A DNA stretch of 64,000 bases from Acidimicrobiia bacterium (lineage in GTDB: Bacteria > Actinomycetota > Acidimicrobiia > IMCC26256 > JAMXLJ01): the NCBI GenBank assembly GCA_024281095.1, contig JAMXLJ010000093.1, forward strand, positions 14,310-78,309. The letters run 5' to 3'. A program made the position numbers and the translations under genes. Shown here piece by piece: positions 9,520-19,449 of the stretch. The notes under the pieces are model-generated. The model was not told the origin of the DNA. It was given only the letters and a program-made list of their open reading frames with translations, and did not search any database. Numbering within the stretch: the stretch's first letter is position 1; each line of letters opens with the position of its first letter.

Positions 9520-10727
9520 GAGGTGACGTCCAAGCGATACGCCTCGACCGCGTTCTGCCCGAGGATGCGCGCCCGATCGGCTTCCGGCAACGGCGCCACG
9601 GCCTCCTCGACCTCCTTCAGCACGCCCGGGTGGTACTCCGGATGCGGGTAGTCGGAAGCCCACAGGATCCGACCGGCGCCGAGCCACTGTGCACATGCGG
9701 CGAGATTCCACTCCTCCGCCTCGAAGCCTGCGTAGCACTGCCGGCGGAAGTATTCGCTCGGGAGGAGGCTCAGCCACCGTTTCTCGAGCGGGAACGCCTT
9801 GACCTGTTCGTCCATGCGTTCGAGCAGCGTCGGCATCCACCCGCCGCCCGACTCGAGGAACAGAAAGCGCAGGCGCGGGAATCGCTCGCACACGCCGCCC
9901 ATGATGAGGCGGCCCATGCTGACGGTCATGTCGACGAGATTGCCGACGGCCTGCCCGAGCCCGGAGCCGCCGTGCAGCTCGTCGACCGCCGAGTTCGTCA
10001 CCATCATGTTCTCGCTCTCGAGCACGAGGCCGAACTTGCGGCACGCACCGGGCGTGTCGACGTGCACACCGGGGTGTAGCGCAACGGGCACGTCGAGGTC
10101 CTGCGCGGCCGACCAGAACGGGTCGTACACGGAGTGGCTCAACGGCAGCTCGTCGACGTACGCCGAGGGCCGGATGAACGCGCCTCGCAAGCCCAGCTGC
10201 TCCACGGCGCGGCGCAGCTCCGTGACCGCGCGATCGACGTCCTGCAGCGGAACCGCGGCCATCGCGAACAACCGCTTGGGAGAAGCGGAGCAGTACTCCG
10301 CGACCCAGTCGTTGTACGCGCGGATGCATTCGGTGACGAAGTCGATGTCGTGCAGTGCGGGAATCGGGTCGAGCGGACCGAAGAACATCGCCTGGCTCGG
10401 ATAGAGCACCGCGACGTCGATCCCGTCGCGGTCCATGTCCGCGAGGCGCGCGTCGGGGTCGTGACCACCCGGAGTGCGCAGGCTCTCCAAGAGCTCGTGG
10501 AACTGCCGGGCTGTGAGCCCGGCACCCGCGGCGATCTGGTCCTGCAGCTCGCGGCCACCGCCGCGCACGACGCCTCCGGTGTAGACGACCTCGTAGATCT
10601 CGTCCTCGACGACCTTGCGCGGGATCCAGTCCCCCCACTTGCCCGCGTCCATGCGCGCGGTCCAGAGATCGTCCGGCTCCATCGTGTGGCCGTCGGCGTC
10701 GACGACGAGCTGCTTCGTCATGCTCAT
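9516..10727 (-). CDS. Amidohydrolase family 2 protein
   Basis: VVDADGH, RLADMDRDGIDVAVLYPS, ALHP, FLESGGGW and WASDYPH motifs. Confidence 0.88.
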   Translation of the reverse strand: MSMTKQLVVDADGHTMEPDDLWTARMDAGKWGDWIPRKVVEDEIYEVVYTGGVVRGGGRELQDQIAAGAGLTARQFHELLESLRTPGGHDPDARLADMDRDGIDVAVLYPSQAMFFGPLDPIPALHDIDFVTECIRAYNDWVAEYCSASPKRLFAMAAVPLQDVDRAVTELRRAVEQLGLRGAFIRPSAYVDELPLSHSVYDPFWSAAQDLDVPVALHPGVHVDTPGACRKFGLVLESENMMVTNSAVDELHGGSGLGQAVGNLVDMTVSMGRLIMGGVCERFPRLRFLFLESGGGWMPTLLERMDEQVKAFPLEKRWLSLLPSEYFRRQCYAGFEAEEWNLAACAQWLGAGRILWASDYPHPEYHPGVLKEVEEAVAPLPEADRARILGQNAVEAYRLDVTS

Positions 10728-10948
10728 GGCTCCCCCCGGTCGGCGCGTCGAGGCACCTGACGTGCCCGTCAGGGATCTTGCCACCGCGGCGACGGGGCGC
10801 CAAGGGTGCAGTTCCGCCGAAAGGGGTAGGGTGCCGACCGGCCAAAGGGTTGGGCCGAAATGTCCGGGCAGAGTGCGTCAGGGCAGCACGCAAGGACAGA
10901 TGCGCCGCATGGGCGTCGGCGGCGCCTTTCGTTTCGGGAGGTTCGAAC

Positions 10949-12127
10949 ATGAGGGCAGGAAGGCTCCGCGGCGCGGCCGCAGGCATTGCCGGGGTCATCG
11001 CGCTGTTGGGAGCCACCGTCGCGGTGGCACCGGCTGCGTGGGCGAAGGAAGGCAAGCATCAGGAACAGCACCAACGGGACCACCACGCGGGCGCGGACCT
11101 CACGGTCTCGACGCAGGGCCACGACAGCGCGACGTGCGGCTCGGAGGACCACGCGTGCCGCACGATCGGACAGGCGGTGAAGAACGCCTCGCCCGGTGAC
11201 GAGATATCGGTCCGCAAGGGCACGTACGCGGAGTCCGTCACGATCGACAAGAAGCTCGAGCTCACGAGCGACGGCGCCGTGATCGACGCGTTCGGTCACA
11301 TCAACGGGATCGCCCTCACCAAGGACGCATCGTGGTCCGAGGTGCGCGGATTCAAGATCATCAACGCGATCGGCGAGGGCCTCGTGTCGACCGCGAACAC
11401 GGGGGTCGAGATCAGCTGGAACACCATCGAGAACAACAACCAGGGCGGAACGGTGCCGCCGAAGCAGGCGACGACTTACCCGTTGTGCACGCCGCAGGGC
11501 CCCATCCCGGGTGACTGTGGCGAGGGTCTGCACCTCGACGGCACCGTGAAGGCACGGGTCGAGCACAACGTCGTGCGGGACAACGTCGGCGGCATGCTCA
11601 TCTCCGATGACGCCGCTTCGTCGCACGACAACTGGATCGCCCACAACCTGGTCAAGGACAACAAGCTCGACTGCGGCATCACGATGCCGTCGCACTCGAC
11701 GCACACCGTGCACGACAACGTGATCGCGTACAACACGTCGACGGGCAACGGAGCCGCAGGCGTGCTCATCGCGGCATCGGGCCCCGGCGACAACGATTAC
11801 AACAACACCATCAAGGGCAACCGGATCTGGGGCAACGGCGAGGGTGGCGTGATGATGCACGCGCACGCGCCCGGCCAGACGATGGACGGCAACAAGGTCA
11901 TCGACAACTGGATCGGCACGAACAACAGCATGGGCGACATGGACTCCGGTGACATGCAGACCACCGGCATCATCGTGTTCTCGGCTGTCGTGCCCGTGAA
12001 CGGCACGGTCATCCACGACAACACGATCGTCAACAACCACTTCGGGATCTGGCTGTCGAAGATCGTCAACAGCAGTCAGGTCGACGACAACGCGTTCCAC
12101 AACGTCGTGGTGCCGGTGCAGCAGTAG
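10949..12127 (+). CDS. Secreted right-handed beta-helix (NosD/pectin-lyase-like) protein
   Basis: GGGAGG RBS, signal peptide, CRTIGQAV..ASPGD.I.V..GTY.E, Asn-ladder repeats. Confidence 0.78.
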   Translation: MRAGRLRGAAAGIAGVIALLGATVAVAPAAWAKEGKHQEQHQRDHHAGADLTVSTQGHDSATCGSEDHACRTIGQAVKNASPGDEISVRKGTYAESVTIDKKLELTSDGAVIDAFGHINGIALTKDASWSEVRGFKIINAIGEGLVSTANTGVEISWNTIENNNQGGTVPPKQATTYPLCTPQGPIPGDCGEGLHLDGTVKARVEHNVVRDNVGGMLISDDAASSHDNWIAHNLVKDNKLDCGITMPSHSTHTVHDNVIAYNTSTGNGAAGVLIAASGPGDNDYNNTIKGNRIWGNGEGGVMMHAHAPGQTMDGNKVIDNWIGTNNSMGDMDSGDMQTTGIIVFSAVVPVNGTVIHDNTIVNNHFGIWLSKIVNSSQVDDNAFHNVVVPVQQ

Positions 12128-12151
12128 GACCACGTCGTCAACACGCACGAA

Positions 12152-12181
12152 ACGAGGCCCCTGCTTCAGCAGGGGCCTCGT
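12152..12181. terminator. Intrinsic terminator-like hairpin between convergent genes
   Basis: ACGAGGCCCCTGC-TTCA-GCAGGGGCCTCGT forms a perfect 13-bp stem. Confidence 0.7.
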
Positions 12182-12224
12182 CGCGCCTGCCCCGGCCCAC
12201 GAGGTTCGGGCCGGCCGGGACGAG

Positions 12225-12728
12225 CTAGGAACCGGGGGAGTTCCCAGCTCCGACCCCGACCGGCTGGCTCCGCGCCGTCCCACCTGCCTCTGTCGCCACC
12301 GCACGCCTGTCGGTTTCTCCCAGGCGCGCCGTCATCCCCGCCAGCATCCGCCGGGCGACAGGTAACGGCAGCGAAGCCACCAGTGTTGCGAACTCCAACG
12401 CGCTGAAGGACAGGATCGTCATCGGCTCGCTCGCGGTCACCGTCGCGATGCGCGGCGACCGGTTCAGCATCGCCATCTCGCCGAAGAAGCTCCCGGGCCC
12501 CAGCGTCGCGAGATGCTGGCCCTCGATCGTCACCGTCGCGTGCCCGTCGACGATGACGAAGAAGTCGCGCCGGTACTCGCCTTCGCGGACGAGCACCCGG
12601 CCGGCGTCGACGTCGACGACCGTACTGGTCGACGCGATGCGGTGGAGCTCGTCCCGTGAGCAGCCGGAGAACAGCTGCACGTTGGCGAGATACTCGGCGC
12701 GGGGATCGTTCTTGCGCAGCACGCTCAT
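12225..12728 (-). CDS. Stand-alone cyclic nucleotide-binding domain protein
   Basis: LGPGSFFGEMAML..SPRIATV phosphate-binding cassette; no HTH. Confidence 0.85.
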   Translation of the reverse strand: MSVLRKNDPRAEYLANVQLFSGCSRDELHRIASTSTVVDVDAGRVLVREGEYRRDFFVIVDGHATVTIEGQHLATLGPGSFFGEMAMLNRSPRIATVTASEPMTILSFSALEFATLVASLPLPVARRMLAGMTARLGETDRRAVATEAGGTARSQPVGVGAGNSPGS

Positions 12729-12844
12729 GGTGCATCCCCCGATCGACAAACTTGGTGTTGGGCGTCGTGCTCCTGCAGCCTGCGCCAGATGCGGGAGTCA
12801 CCGCTGCGCGCCGGTACGCCGTGGCACTGCGTACGTCTACCCAA

Positions 12845-13510
12845 TCAGACGGACGCTCGGGAACGCAGCGCAGCCTCGTCGACCACCGTCACGCTCCGGC
12901 CGCTCGCGTGGATCCATCCGAGCGCCCGCAACGACTGCAGGCCCTTGACGACCGCCTCGCGCGACAACCCGGCCAGCGCGGCCAACTCGTGCTGCGCCAG
13001 CGGGAGCCTCACCGATCGACCGGCCCCTTCGTCGACTCCGTAGCGGTCGGTCATGTCGACGAGGCACCGACAGAGACGGGTCAGCGCGTCTGCCGTGCCG
13101 AACTCGAGCTGACGTTGCGAGCTCTCCCGCAGCCGCTCGACGATGGTGCGGAGCAGCTCGTGTGCGACCCTCGGCTGACGCTCGAGGAACGCGTCGAACT
13201 CCGAAACGGCAACGACGAGTGCGACGACGGACGTGAGCGCGATCGCGGCGGCCGACCGCGGCGCGCCGTCGACCGCCGAGAGCTCTCCGAGGATCTCGCC
13301 GGTGTCGAAGACGCCGAGGATGACGTCGCGTCCGCTTGCTGCACCCCGCGTGATCTTCACCTGTCCCGAGAGCAACACCAGCACGTCGTGGGCGTCGTCG
13401 CCCTCGTGGAACAACACCGCGCCTTTGCGCAGGGTGCGCCGGCGGCCGTGGGATTCGAGGTCGATGCGCTCGGCCGCCGTGAGCCTGTCGAGGAACGTCC
13501 CACCACCCAC
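12845..13510 (-). CDS. Crp/Fnr family transcriptional regulator
   Basis: GEILGELS..DGAPRSA cNMP domain plus LAQHELAALAGLSREAVVKGL HTH. Confidence 0.9.
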   Translation of the reverse strand: MGGGTFLDRLTAAERIDLESHGRRRTLRKGAVLFHEGDDAHDVLVLLSGQVKITRGAASGRDVILGVFDTGEILGELSAVDGAPRSAAAIALTSVVALVVAVSEFDAFLERQPRVAHELLRTIVERLRESSQRQLEFGTADALTRLCRCLVDMTDRYGVDEGAGRSVRLPLAQHELAALAGLSREAVVKGLQSLRALGWIHASGRSVTVVDEAALRSRASV

Positions 13511-13527
13511 GCACGGAAGGTTACGGC

Positions 13528-15045
13528 TCAGTCGGCCTCCGGTCGCAGGGTGGGGAACAACACCACCTCACGGATCGACGACACGCCGGCGAGGAGCATC
13601 ACCAACCGGTCGATGCCGATCCCGAGCCCGCCGGTGGGCGGCATGCCGTATTCGAGCGCGCGCAGGTAGTCCTCGTCGATGCCTTCGGCTTCTTCGTCGC
13701 CCGCGGCTCGCAGACGCGCCTGCGCCTCGAACCGGGCCCGTTGATCGACCGGGTCGTTCAACTCGCTGAAGGCGTTGGCGAGCTCGCGCCCCGCCACGAC
13801 GCCCTCGAAGCGCTCGACCAGTGCGGGATCGTCGCGATGCGTGCGGGCCAGTGGCGACACCTCGCGCGGGTAGTCGAGGACGAAGATCGGGTCGACGAGC
13901 TTGGGCTCCACCACGTCGTCGTACAGCTCCATGATGAGCCGGCCGGGGCCCCAATGCGGCTCGACCGGCACGCCGAGACGTTCGAGCACCGCCCGGAGCT
14001 CTTCCACCGGTTGCGACGGGTGCACGCGGACGCCGGCGTGCTGCTCGATGAGATCGAGCATCGGCACGCGTGGCCACGGCGGCGCGAGGTCGACCTTCCC
14101 CTCGCCCACCTCGACAACGGTGCCGCCGAGCGTGGCGCGGGCCGTCGCGGCGACGAGCTCCTCGGTGAGGCTCATCATGTCGTGGTAGTCCGCGAAGGCT
14201 TCGTACAGCTCCAGCATCGTGAACTCGGGATTGTGCCGGGTGTCGATGCCCTCGTTGCGGAAGACCCGGCCGATCTCGAACACTTTGTCGAGCCCGCCGA
14301 CGATCAGCCGCTTCAGATGGAGCTCGAGCGCGATGCGCAGCCGCAGCTCGAGATCGAGCGCGTTGTGGTGCGTGACGAACGGCCGGGCCGCCGCGCCTCC
14401 GGCCTCGGCGGTGAGCACGGGCCCTTCGACCTCGACGTAGCCGCGCTCGCCGAGGAATCGCCGGATCTCCGTGACGGCACGGGAGCGGATCGCGAAGATC
14501 CGCCGCGCGTCCTCGTTGACGATCAGGTCGACGTAGCGCTGACGGAACCGGGTATCGACGTCGGCGAGGCCGTGCCACTTGTCCGGCAGCGGACGTAGCG
14601 CCTTCGCGAGGAGCTGGAACCGCTGCACCTTGACCGACAGCTCGCCCTTCCGCGTGGTCATCACCGTGCCGGTCGCGCCGACCCAGTCGCCGCGGTCGAG
14701 GCGGTTGAAGTCGGCCTGGCCGTCCTCGCCGACCACCTCGCGCGACACGAACAGCTGCACGGAGTCGTCACGGTCGCGGATCGTCGCGAACGTGAGCTTC
14801 CCCTGGCGCCGCAACAGCACGATTCGTCCCGCGACCGTGACCTCGACCTCGGTCTCCACGTCGGGCTCGAGATCACCGAACTCCTCGCGCAGCTGCGCGA
14901 GCGTGCGGTCACGATGGAACGTGACCGGATACGGATCGACGCCCCGCTCGCGCAGCTCTTCGACGTCGCGTGCGCGCCGCGCCCGCTCGTCCTCGGAGCC
15001 GGCTGCTTCGGCTCGAGATCCTTCCGGTTCGACGGCGTCAGCCAT
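13528..15045 (-). CDS. lysS: Lysine--tRNA ligase (class II)
   Basis: OB-fold, LRPLPDKWHGL, RQRYVDL, FRNEGIDTRHNPEFTMLELY and YGMPPTGGLGIGIDRL. Confidence 0.97.
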   Translation of the reverse strand: MADAVEPEGSRAEAAGSEDERARRARDVEELRERGVDPYPVTFHRDRTLAQLREEFGDLEPDVETEVEVTVAGRIVLLRRQGKLTFATIRDRDDSVQLFVSREVVGEDGQADFNRLDRGDWVGATGTVMTTRKGELSVKVQRFQLLAKALRPLPDKWHGLADVDTRFRQRYVDLIVNEDARRIFAIRSRAVTEIRRFLGERGYVEVEGPVLTAEAGGAAARPFVTHHNALDLELRLRIALELHLKRLIVGGLDKVFEIGRVFRNEGIDTRHNPEFTMLELYEAFADYHDMMSLTEELVAATARATLGGTVVEVGEGKVDLAPPWPRVPMLDLIEQHAGVRVHPSQPVEELRAVLERLGVPVEPHWGPGRLIMELYDDVVEPKLVDPIFVLDYPREVSPLARTHRDDPALVERFEGVVAGRELANAFSELNDPVDQRARFEAQARLRAAGDEEAEGIDEDYLRALEYGMPPTGGLGIGIDRLVMLLAGVSSIREVVLFPTLRPEAD

Positions 15046-15129
15046 GGCCTTCCACCCTAACGGCCCCACGCCGGCACCAGGCTGTGCGATTCCGCGCGCA
15101 CACGCGTCGCGCGATCGACACGAGGCGCC

Positions 15130-17058
15130 TCAGTCGTGGGCGCAGTGTTCCTGCGGGGCGACGTCGAGGCTCGGATTGCGGTCGAAGAAGCCAAACGGCA
15201 CGAGGGTGAAGCCCGTGTACTCCACCGGCATGACCGGCCAGTCCTCCGGACGGGGAATGTGGGTGACGCCGAACGTGTACCAGACCACGACGTCCGTGTC
15301 GTCGAGCGCGCGATCGGCCGCGGTCCATTCCGGGATGCCGCCGCCACCCGCGTGCTGGTTGGGATACTCCCCTGCTGCGCGCATCTCGTCGCGCGAGTAC
15401 GGCGTGACCCACAGGTTCTTCGTGGCGAAGGTCGCGCGCCGGCCGATGCTCGAGTCGGGTGAGGCGAGCAGCGTGGGCGTCGACCCGGGGATGAGCTTGT
15501 AGCCGACCGGCTGGCCCACACGGTTGTGCCGGCTGGGGTTCACGATCTTCCACGTCCGACTGCGGGCCGGGTCGACGAGGCGCTGGGCTTCCGACTCGCG
15601 TGCGAGGAGCGTGGGCCGGGTCACGAACGCGTTGGCGAACGAATTGTCGGCTCCCGCGGGCACGGCTTCGACGTCGACCTCGTACACGGAGTTCGTCTTG
15701 CCGTCGATGTCGAAATCGAGCCGGAAGTTGAACAGGTGCTGGTGGTTCGGCGCCGCGAGCTGCGGAGCCACGAGCTCGCCGTACCGAGGTTGCTCATCCG
15801 GTGCGACCGCCATCGTCTGCATGATCCCGGTGAGCTTCACCTCGTGCTGGATCATCCCGTCTTCGTAGAAGTACCAGAAGAAGCCGTACTCGTAGTTCCC
15901 GACGGTGTGGATCGAACTGACGACCAGGCGCCGCCGGCGGCGCACCTCCGTGTTGCCGGTGTGCATGTCCACGTGCTTCCAGAGGATCCCGTAGTCCTCC
16001 TCGTGCACACAGATCGCCTTCTCGACGACGTACGGATCACCGCGTTCCGTCGCCATGGCGGCATCGAAGTAGCGGATCGCTCCGAGGCAGTCGCAGCCGA
16101 GCGTGAGCGAGTTCACCATCCGGCCGAGACCCCACTCACCCGCGTCGAACGCGTTCTTCCACGCGTGCATCGGGCTCGTGTCGCCGTAGGGCACCACCAT
16201 CTCGCTCAGCGACGCCCGATGCAGGATGGGCCGGACCCGGTCGCCGTCCTCGTACGCGATCGTGTGCAGGACCAGACCATGGATCGGATGCATCGCGACC
16301 CGGAAGCGCCACCGCTGCCACAGGACTTCATGGCCCTCCACCCGGAAGCTCGGCCCCTCGGGCTGCAGGATCTCGAGCGGCTTGCGGTCGTCGCGCAGCG
16401 CCCCCACGTGCTCGATGTCGTAGTTGGCGCACTCGGGCGGGATCTCCACGACCCCGTAGTCGTCCACCTGCACGACCTGACCGCTGTGGAAGTCGTAGTA
16501 GACGAGCACGCCCTCGATCGGGTGCGCGTATCCGTTGTCGGCCTCGTCGTGGCGCACGTAGGACAGCACGCGCGTGAGGCGGCGCCCGGCCTCGACGTCG
16601 AGACCGAACCGCCCGGCCGGCCAGGGGTCGAGCTGAATGCTCTCGAAGTCGGTGATGCCCCGGCGGCGCATCGCTTCCTGCCAGCGCGGGTCCTCCTTCA
16701 CGGCGATGATCGCGTCGAAGCAGTCCTCGAACAGGAGTGCGGGCTGGACGTCGTCCAGGTCGCGCCACGCAGTGACCCGTCCCTCGGTGAGCGACACCAC
16801 CGCTTCGGAAACCGTACCGGTGGCCCGATCGATCAGTACCGCCGCGGCGCGACGCTCGATCGCCCCGGACGTGTCGAACGCGTCGAGCTCGTCCTTGTCG
16901 GGCTCGTCGAGCGCGACGTACGAGAAACGCACGGTGTCGGCGAGGCCGCGCTGCTCGCGCAGCAGCGTGACCGCGGCCCCGATCTCCTCGGCGCTGAGCG
17001 GCTCCAGCGGGTGCGCGGCGCCGGTGTCGGACGCTGGTACCTCCACCGAACTGCTCAT
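15130..17058 (-). CDS. tynA: Copper-containing primary-amine oxidase
   Basis: HPLEPLS N-terminus, GNYEY topaquinone consensus, HQHLF and VTHIPRPEDWPVMP copper ligands. Confidence 0.93.
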   Translation of the reverse strand: MSSSVEVPASDTGAAHPLEPLSAEEIGAAVTLLREQRGLADTVRFSYVALDEPDKDELDAFDTSGAIERRAAAVLIDRATGTVSEAVVSLTEGRVTAWRDLDDVQPALLFEDCFDAIIAVKEDPRWQEAMRRRGITDFESIQLDPWPAGRFGLDVEAGRRLTRVLSYVRHDEADNGYAHPIEGVLVYYDFHSGQVVQVDDYGVVEIPPECANYDIEHVGALRDDRKPLEILQPEGPSFRVEGHEVLWQRWRFRVAMHPIHGLVLHTIAYEDGDRVRPILHRASLSEMVVPYGDTSPMHAWKNAFDAGEWGLGRMVNSLTLGCDCLGAIRYFDAAMATERGDPYVVEKAICVHEEDYGILWKHVDMHTGNTEVRRRRRLVVSSIHTVGNYEYGFFWYFYEDGMIQHEVKLTGIMQTMAVAPDEQPRYGELVAPQLAAPNHQHLFNFRLDFDIDGKTNSVYEVDVEAVPAGADNSFANAFVTRPTLLARESEAQRLVDPARSRTWKIVNPSRHNRVGQPVGYKLIPGSTPTLLASPDSSIGRRATFATKNLWVTPYSRDEMRAAGEYPNQHAGGGGIPEWTAADRALDDTDVVVWYTFGVTHIPRPEDWPVMPVEYTGFTLVPFGFFDRNPSLDVAPQEHCAHD

Positions 17059-17121
17059 GACCCCTCCGTTGGTTCGAACATCCGGCCGATTATCGCCCGA
17101 CGAGACCGCCGCGTGACGCGG

Positions 17122-17397
17122 TCAGGGCTCGAGCGAACCGTCGACCGGCTCGGCGGGTTCGGCACGGGCGCGCCGTGCCGCGCCGTAGGCCTCGAAGATG
17201 AGCATGGCCCCGTAGACGAACGCCACCGTTCCGACGACGTGCAGCACGAAGGACGCCTGGTGGTGGAACTGCGACTGGCCCAGCGCGTCGAGGGCCCAGG
17301 TGACGATGCGGTTGCCGAGGAATGCGAGCAGGCACAACGCCGCGGCGGCGAGCACACGCGGTTCACGGAACCATCGGGAGCGGGAGGGCGTAGACAT
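17122..17397 (-). CDS. Small 2-TM membrane protein (91 aa)
   Basis: ATG overlaps the upstream gene's TGA (TGATG); two hydrophobic segments. Confidence 0.65.
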   Translation of the reverse strand: MSTPSRSRWFREPRVLAAAALCLLAFLGNRIVTWALDALGQSQFHHQASFVLHVVGTVAFVYGAMLIFEAYGAARRARAEPAEPVDGSLEP

Positions 17398-19004
17398 CAG
17401 CGGGATGGTGCCTCCACGTTCCGGGCCTGATGGCTGACTTCGGAGGGATCTGCGTGCAACCGGTACACGTCGATCTTGTCGATGGAGCGTACGTAGCGGT
17501 AGTAGTCGGCGACGATTCCGGCGAGGCTCGGATAGTTCGTGAGCGGGTAGTACTGCGAGCCTCGGATCTTCGCGTTCGAGGTGTCGAGGATGTACTCCGG
17601 TGGCCGGCTGGCGAAGTCGTCCCAGAACTCCTTCCACGCACCGGGTGTTGCGAGATCGGGAGACACGGCCTGGGGTGGTCGCCCGCCCCAATGGCCGGTC
17701 AGGAACCCCGTCGTGATGAACCTCGTCGCCGGTTCACGGCCCGATGCCCAGTAGATCTCGGGCAGGTGCCCCCACACGAGGATGCGATCCTGCGGCTTCG
17801 TGTGAAGGGCCAGGAACCCGCTCGTCTGCGCGTATGCGGGCTCGTTGTCGAGCCGATCTGCCCAGAACGCGGCAACCGAGAACCCCGCGGCGATCATGCC
17901 TGCGAACGCCACCGTCGCGATCGAGAGCCAGACGTGCTTGCGCACGAGCACGCCCGTCGTGAGCAACACGAGCGGGGGAAGCAACTGGAGGTAGTAGTGC
18001 CCGAAGAAGCGGAACCCGATCGCCACGGACAGCGCCGCGGACAACAGCCAGAGCCACAGGTCCGCGTTCTCGCGTCGCGATCGCCACGCGAAGGGGAGCG
18101 GCAGCAGCAAGGGCATGTTGGCGCCGACGTACGAACCGGTCTTCTGCAAGAACCGCCATACGACGAACATCGAGGCGTTCTTCGCCTCGAGGTAGCTGCC
18201 GTTGCCGAGGATGGCCCAGAACAGCAGCTCCCCCGGCCCGACGATGAGGGCCACGATCGCGATCGGCACGACGAAACCCGCGAGCGTGTCTCGTACCCCG
18301 CGACGGCCGCGCAGCTTCGCGACGATGAAGATGACCGGTAGCAGCGTCGCGGCCGCGGTCTGCTTCGCCAGCGTTGCCACCGCGAGCGCCAGTCCGGACG
18401 CGACCGTGTGTTTGCGGCGCGCGAGCACGAAGCCCGCGGTCATCGCAGGCAACATGAAGATCTCGAAGTTCGCCGCCTGACCGTCTTGCGGCACGAACAG
18501 AAGGCTTCCGAGCGCGCACAACAGTCCGGCGATCCACGCGGCACGGTCTCCGTAGCGCCGTCGCGCTTCGATGGCGACGAGCCAGGCCGTGAGCGCGGCC
18601 GCGACGACGGCAAGCAGACGAACGGTCCACAGGCCGCTCGTGCCGAAGACGCGGAACGTCACCGCGTAGAGATATGGAACAAGCGGAGGCTTGCGGTCGA
18701 CCGCGTCGTGATACAGCCGTCCGCCGTGGTTGAGTACCTGCGCCTGCGTCGCGAGGAACGTCTCGTCGGAGTTGAACACGTCGACCTTGAAGCCGGCCAC
18801 GTGCAGCACGCTGAGCAGCAGGAGCAAGACCGCGAGCAAGCGCCACGGATGCCACGAGCGCGCGCCGTCCGCATGCGCTGACGCAAGCGACTCGCGCGCC
18901 TCGACGCTGCTCGCCGGCTGGGCACCGACCACGGTTCGCGAATCCACCGGGCTCCTCACCCGTTCGTCGACGTCGACATTCTGACCCGCAGCCGCATGGT
19001 TCAA
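17397..19004 (-). CDS. GT-C fold glycosyltransferase (ArnT/GT39-like)
   Basis: NSDE motif in first loop, DRKPP, LAKQ, FGHYYLQLLPPL; multiple TM helices. Start uncertain. Confidence 0.82.
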   Translation of the reverse strand: MNHAAAGQNVDVDERVRSPVDSRTVVGAQPASSVEARESLASAHADGARSWHPWRLLAVLLLLLSVLHVAGFKVDVFNSDETFLATQAQVLNHGGRLYHDAVDRKPPLVPYLYAVTFRVFGTSGLWTVRLLAVVAAALTAWLVAIEARRRYGDRAAWIAGLLCALGSLLFVPQDGQAANFEIFMLPAMTAGFVLARRKHTVASGLALAVATLAKQTAAATLLPVIFIVAKLRGRRGVRDTLAGFVVPIAIVALIVGPGELLFWAILGNGSYLEAKNASMFVVWRFLQKTGSYVGANMPLLLPLPFAWRSRRENADLWLWLLSAALSVAIGFRFFGHYYLQLLPPLVLLTTGVLVRKHVWLSIATVAFAGMIAAGFSVAAFWADRLDNEPAYAQTSGFLALHTKPQDRILVWGHLPEIYWASGREPATRFITTGFLTGHWGGRPPQAVSPDLATPGAWKEFWDDFASRPPEYILDTSNAKIRGSQYYPLTNYPSLAGIVADYYRYVRSIDKIDVYRLHADPSEVSHQARNVEAPSR

Positions 19005-19188
19005 TCCGATCGGGGTGCTCGGATGGCATGCGAACGACCGGTCCCGGACGGACCGCCATCCTTACCGACGCCGTCGACCCGCGTCACGGCACCCCGGGCG
19101 CCCCCTCAGGTCCGACGGGGTCAGACGAGCGCGGGCTCGCGCTGAACGTCGCCGCCGGCGCGCGTTCCGATGCGATGCCGCGCCGGGG

Positions 19189-19344
19189 TCAGTGGAGCTT
19201 GATGCGCAGCTGGCCGGTCGGGACGTCCCGGCGCGAGGTGAGCGCCTCCCGCCGGGCGCGGGTGCTGCCCAACAGCACCAAGGTCGCCGCGTTGACCGCC
19301 ACGAACGTCACCACCGTGATGACCACGATCAGGACCACAGGCAT
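19189..19344 (-). CDS. Putative 51-aa single-TM small protein
   Basis: Translated by hand: MPVVLIVVITVVTFVAVNAATLVLLGSTRARREALTSRRDVPTGQLRIKLH. GC3-rich codons; too short for the ORF track. Confidence 0.5.
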   Translation of the reverse strand: MPVVLIVVITVVTFVAVNAATLVLLGSTRARREALTSRRDVPTGQLRIKLH

Positions 19345-19449
19345 CCGCCTGGCATACCACATCGTGAAGAGTCAGAAGTTCATTTGACGATGCGTACGGA
19401 GTGCATCCGCGACATGAGGGGCGAACCAAAGCGGACAAATGCCGGCTTC

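Noticed and set aside
10728-10948. Riboswitch or DosR-like box in the divergent intergenic region
   Set aside because: No recognisable aptamer consensus; the resemblance to GGGAC-type boxes is too weak to call.
8344-11055. 903-aa ORF as one large protein
   Set aside because: The N-terminal part is an out-of-frame shadow of the amidohydrolase gene; the real M24 gene starts at GTG 9519.
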